Under the pieces are notes generated by a model that was given only the letters and a program-made list of their open reading frames with translations, was not told the DNA's origin and did not search any database. From Stylophora pistillata (Eukaryota), in the NCBI RefSeq assembly GCF_002571385.2, contig NW_019217830.1:150375-214374 (forward strand): 64,000 nt of DNA, given 5' to 3'. Below, piece by piece: positions 63,304 through 64,000 of the stretch (positions are counted from its first letter, which is position 1; each line of letters starts with the position of its first letter). A program made the position numbers and the translations under genes.

Positions 63304-64000
63304 TTCATTCCTGGCCCTTCCTTTCTTTCTCTTTCTGAGCCTTTCGTTCTTTTCATTCCTTTCATATTTTTTTATTTTCATTTTTTTTCTACCCTCCTTT
63401 AAAGTGTGTCCCAATTTCCCACGTAGTGGACGCTTATCCTTTTCCTACCTAGCACAGATATTCTAGCACTTCATTTATTTTTCCCTCTATCTTTCTGTCA
63501 CATTTCTACCCTCCCATTACCTTCTATTCCTTTTCTTTCTGAGTCTTCCATTCTTTTCATTTTTTTTTTACTTTTTATTTTCAGTTATTTTCTCCCTTTC
63601 TTAAAATTGAGTCAGTTTACTCTGATTATAATTTCACCCATAAATAACTATGAGAATGGGAAATTCCTTAGACATCTAACGTGCGTTCAAAAATTAGCTT
63701 TTGTTGATTTCTACGCAAAGGATCGTCATCACTTTTCTCAGTGCTTGTGGGTAATCCCATTGGATGATTGCATTTTGGTATTAACAAGGTTAGCAATGAC
63801 TTTGAAGCGTGCTCTCATACGCTTATCTTGAAAGAGCTCTTCCTTGTCAGTAGAAAAATTCAGCTGTCTGATGTCTGCCGAAAGTTCTGATCAGCCGCAA
63901 GAAACCGTTGCAGACAGAATTTCTCGGCTTACAATATCAATGCAATATCAAGCAGACAAGTGACGAGAATAAAGAAAAATATCAATTAGGCATTATTTGG

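Noticed and set aside
63670-63930. Upstream exon of the second nAChR
   Set aside because: Open stretches exist, but there is no convincing splice pair or recognisable motif.

Overview
AT-rich eukaryotic genomic DNA from a draft assembly, with three N gaps. It is most likely an anthozoan or stony coral; this is inferred from gene content and repeat style, not proven. I built nine intron-containing gene models by hand and checked GT-AG sites and reading phase. They are: three TRIM RING/B-box genes (two complete RING-B1-B2-coiled coil-filamin-NHL, one running off the left edge); a SAXO3-like ciliary microtubule inner protein; a complete 9-exon nicotinic acetylcholine receptor alpha subunit; an unnamed 16-repeat Xin-like protein whose reading frame carries a single in-frame TAA; ILRUN with a 10-nt microexon; a head-to-head harmonin/USH1C-like gene with exons probably lost in a gap; and the last exon of a second nAChR subunit. 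Introns and intergenic DNA are dense with MITEs, CORE-type SINEs, a LINE fragment, Penelope-type repeats (one with an intact minimal hammerhead ribozyme) and minisatellites. The most unusual signals are: (1) five largely sequence-unrelated small elements sharing a double-hairpin layout whose internal junction is complementary to both termini; (2) the repeat protein and its stop codon; (3) a 1.4-kb palindromic MITE stack probably in the nAChR 3' UTR.
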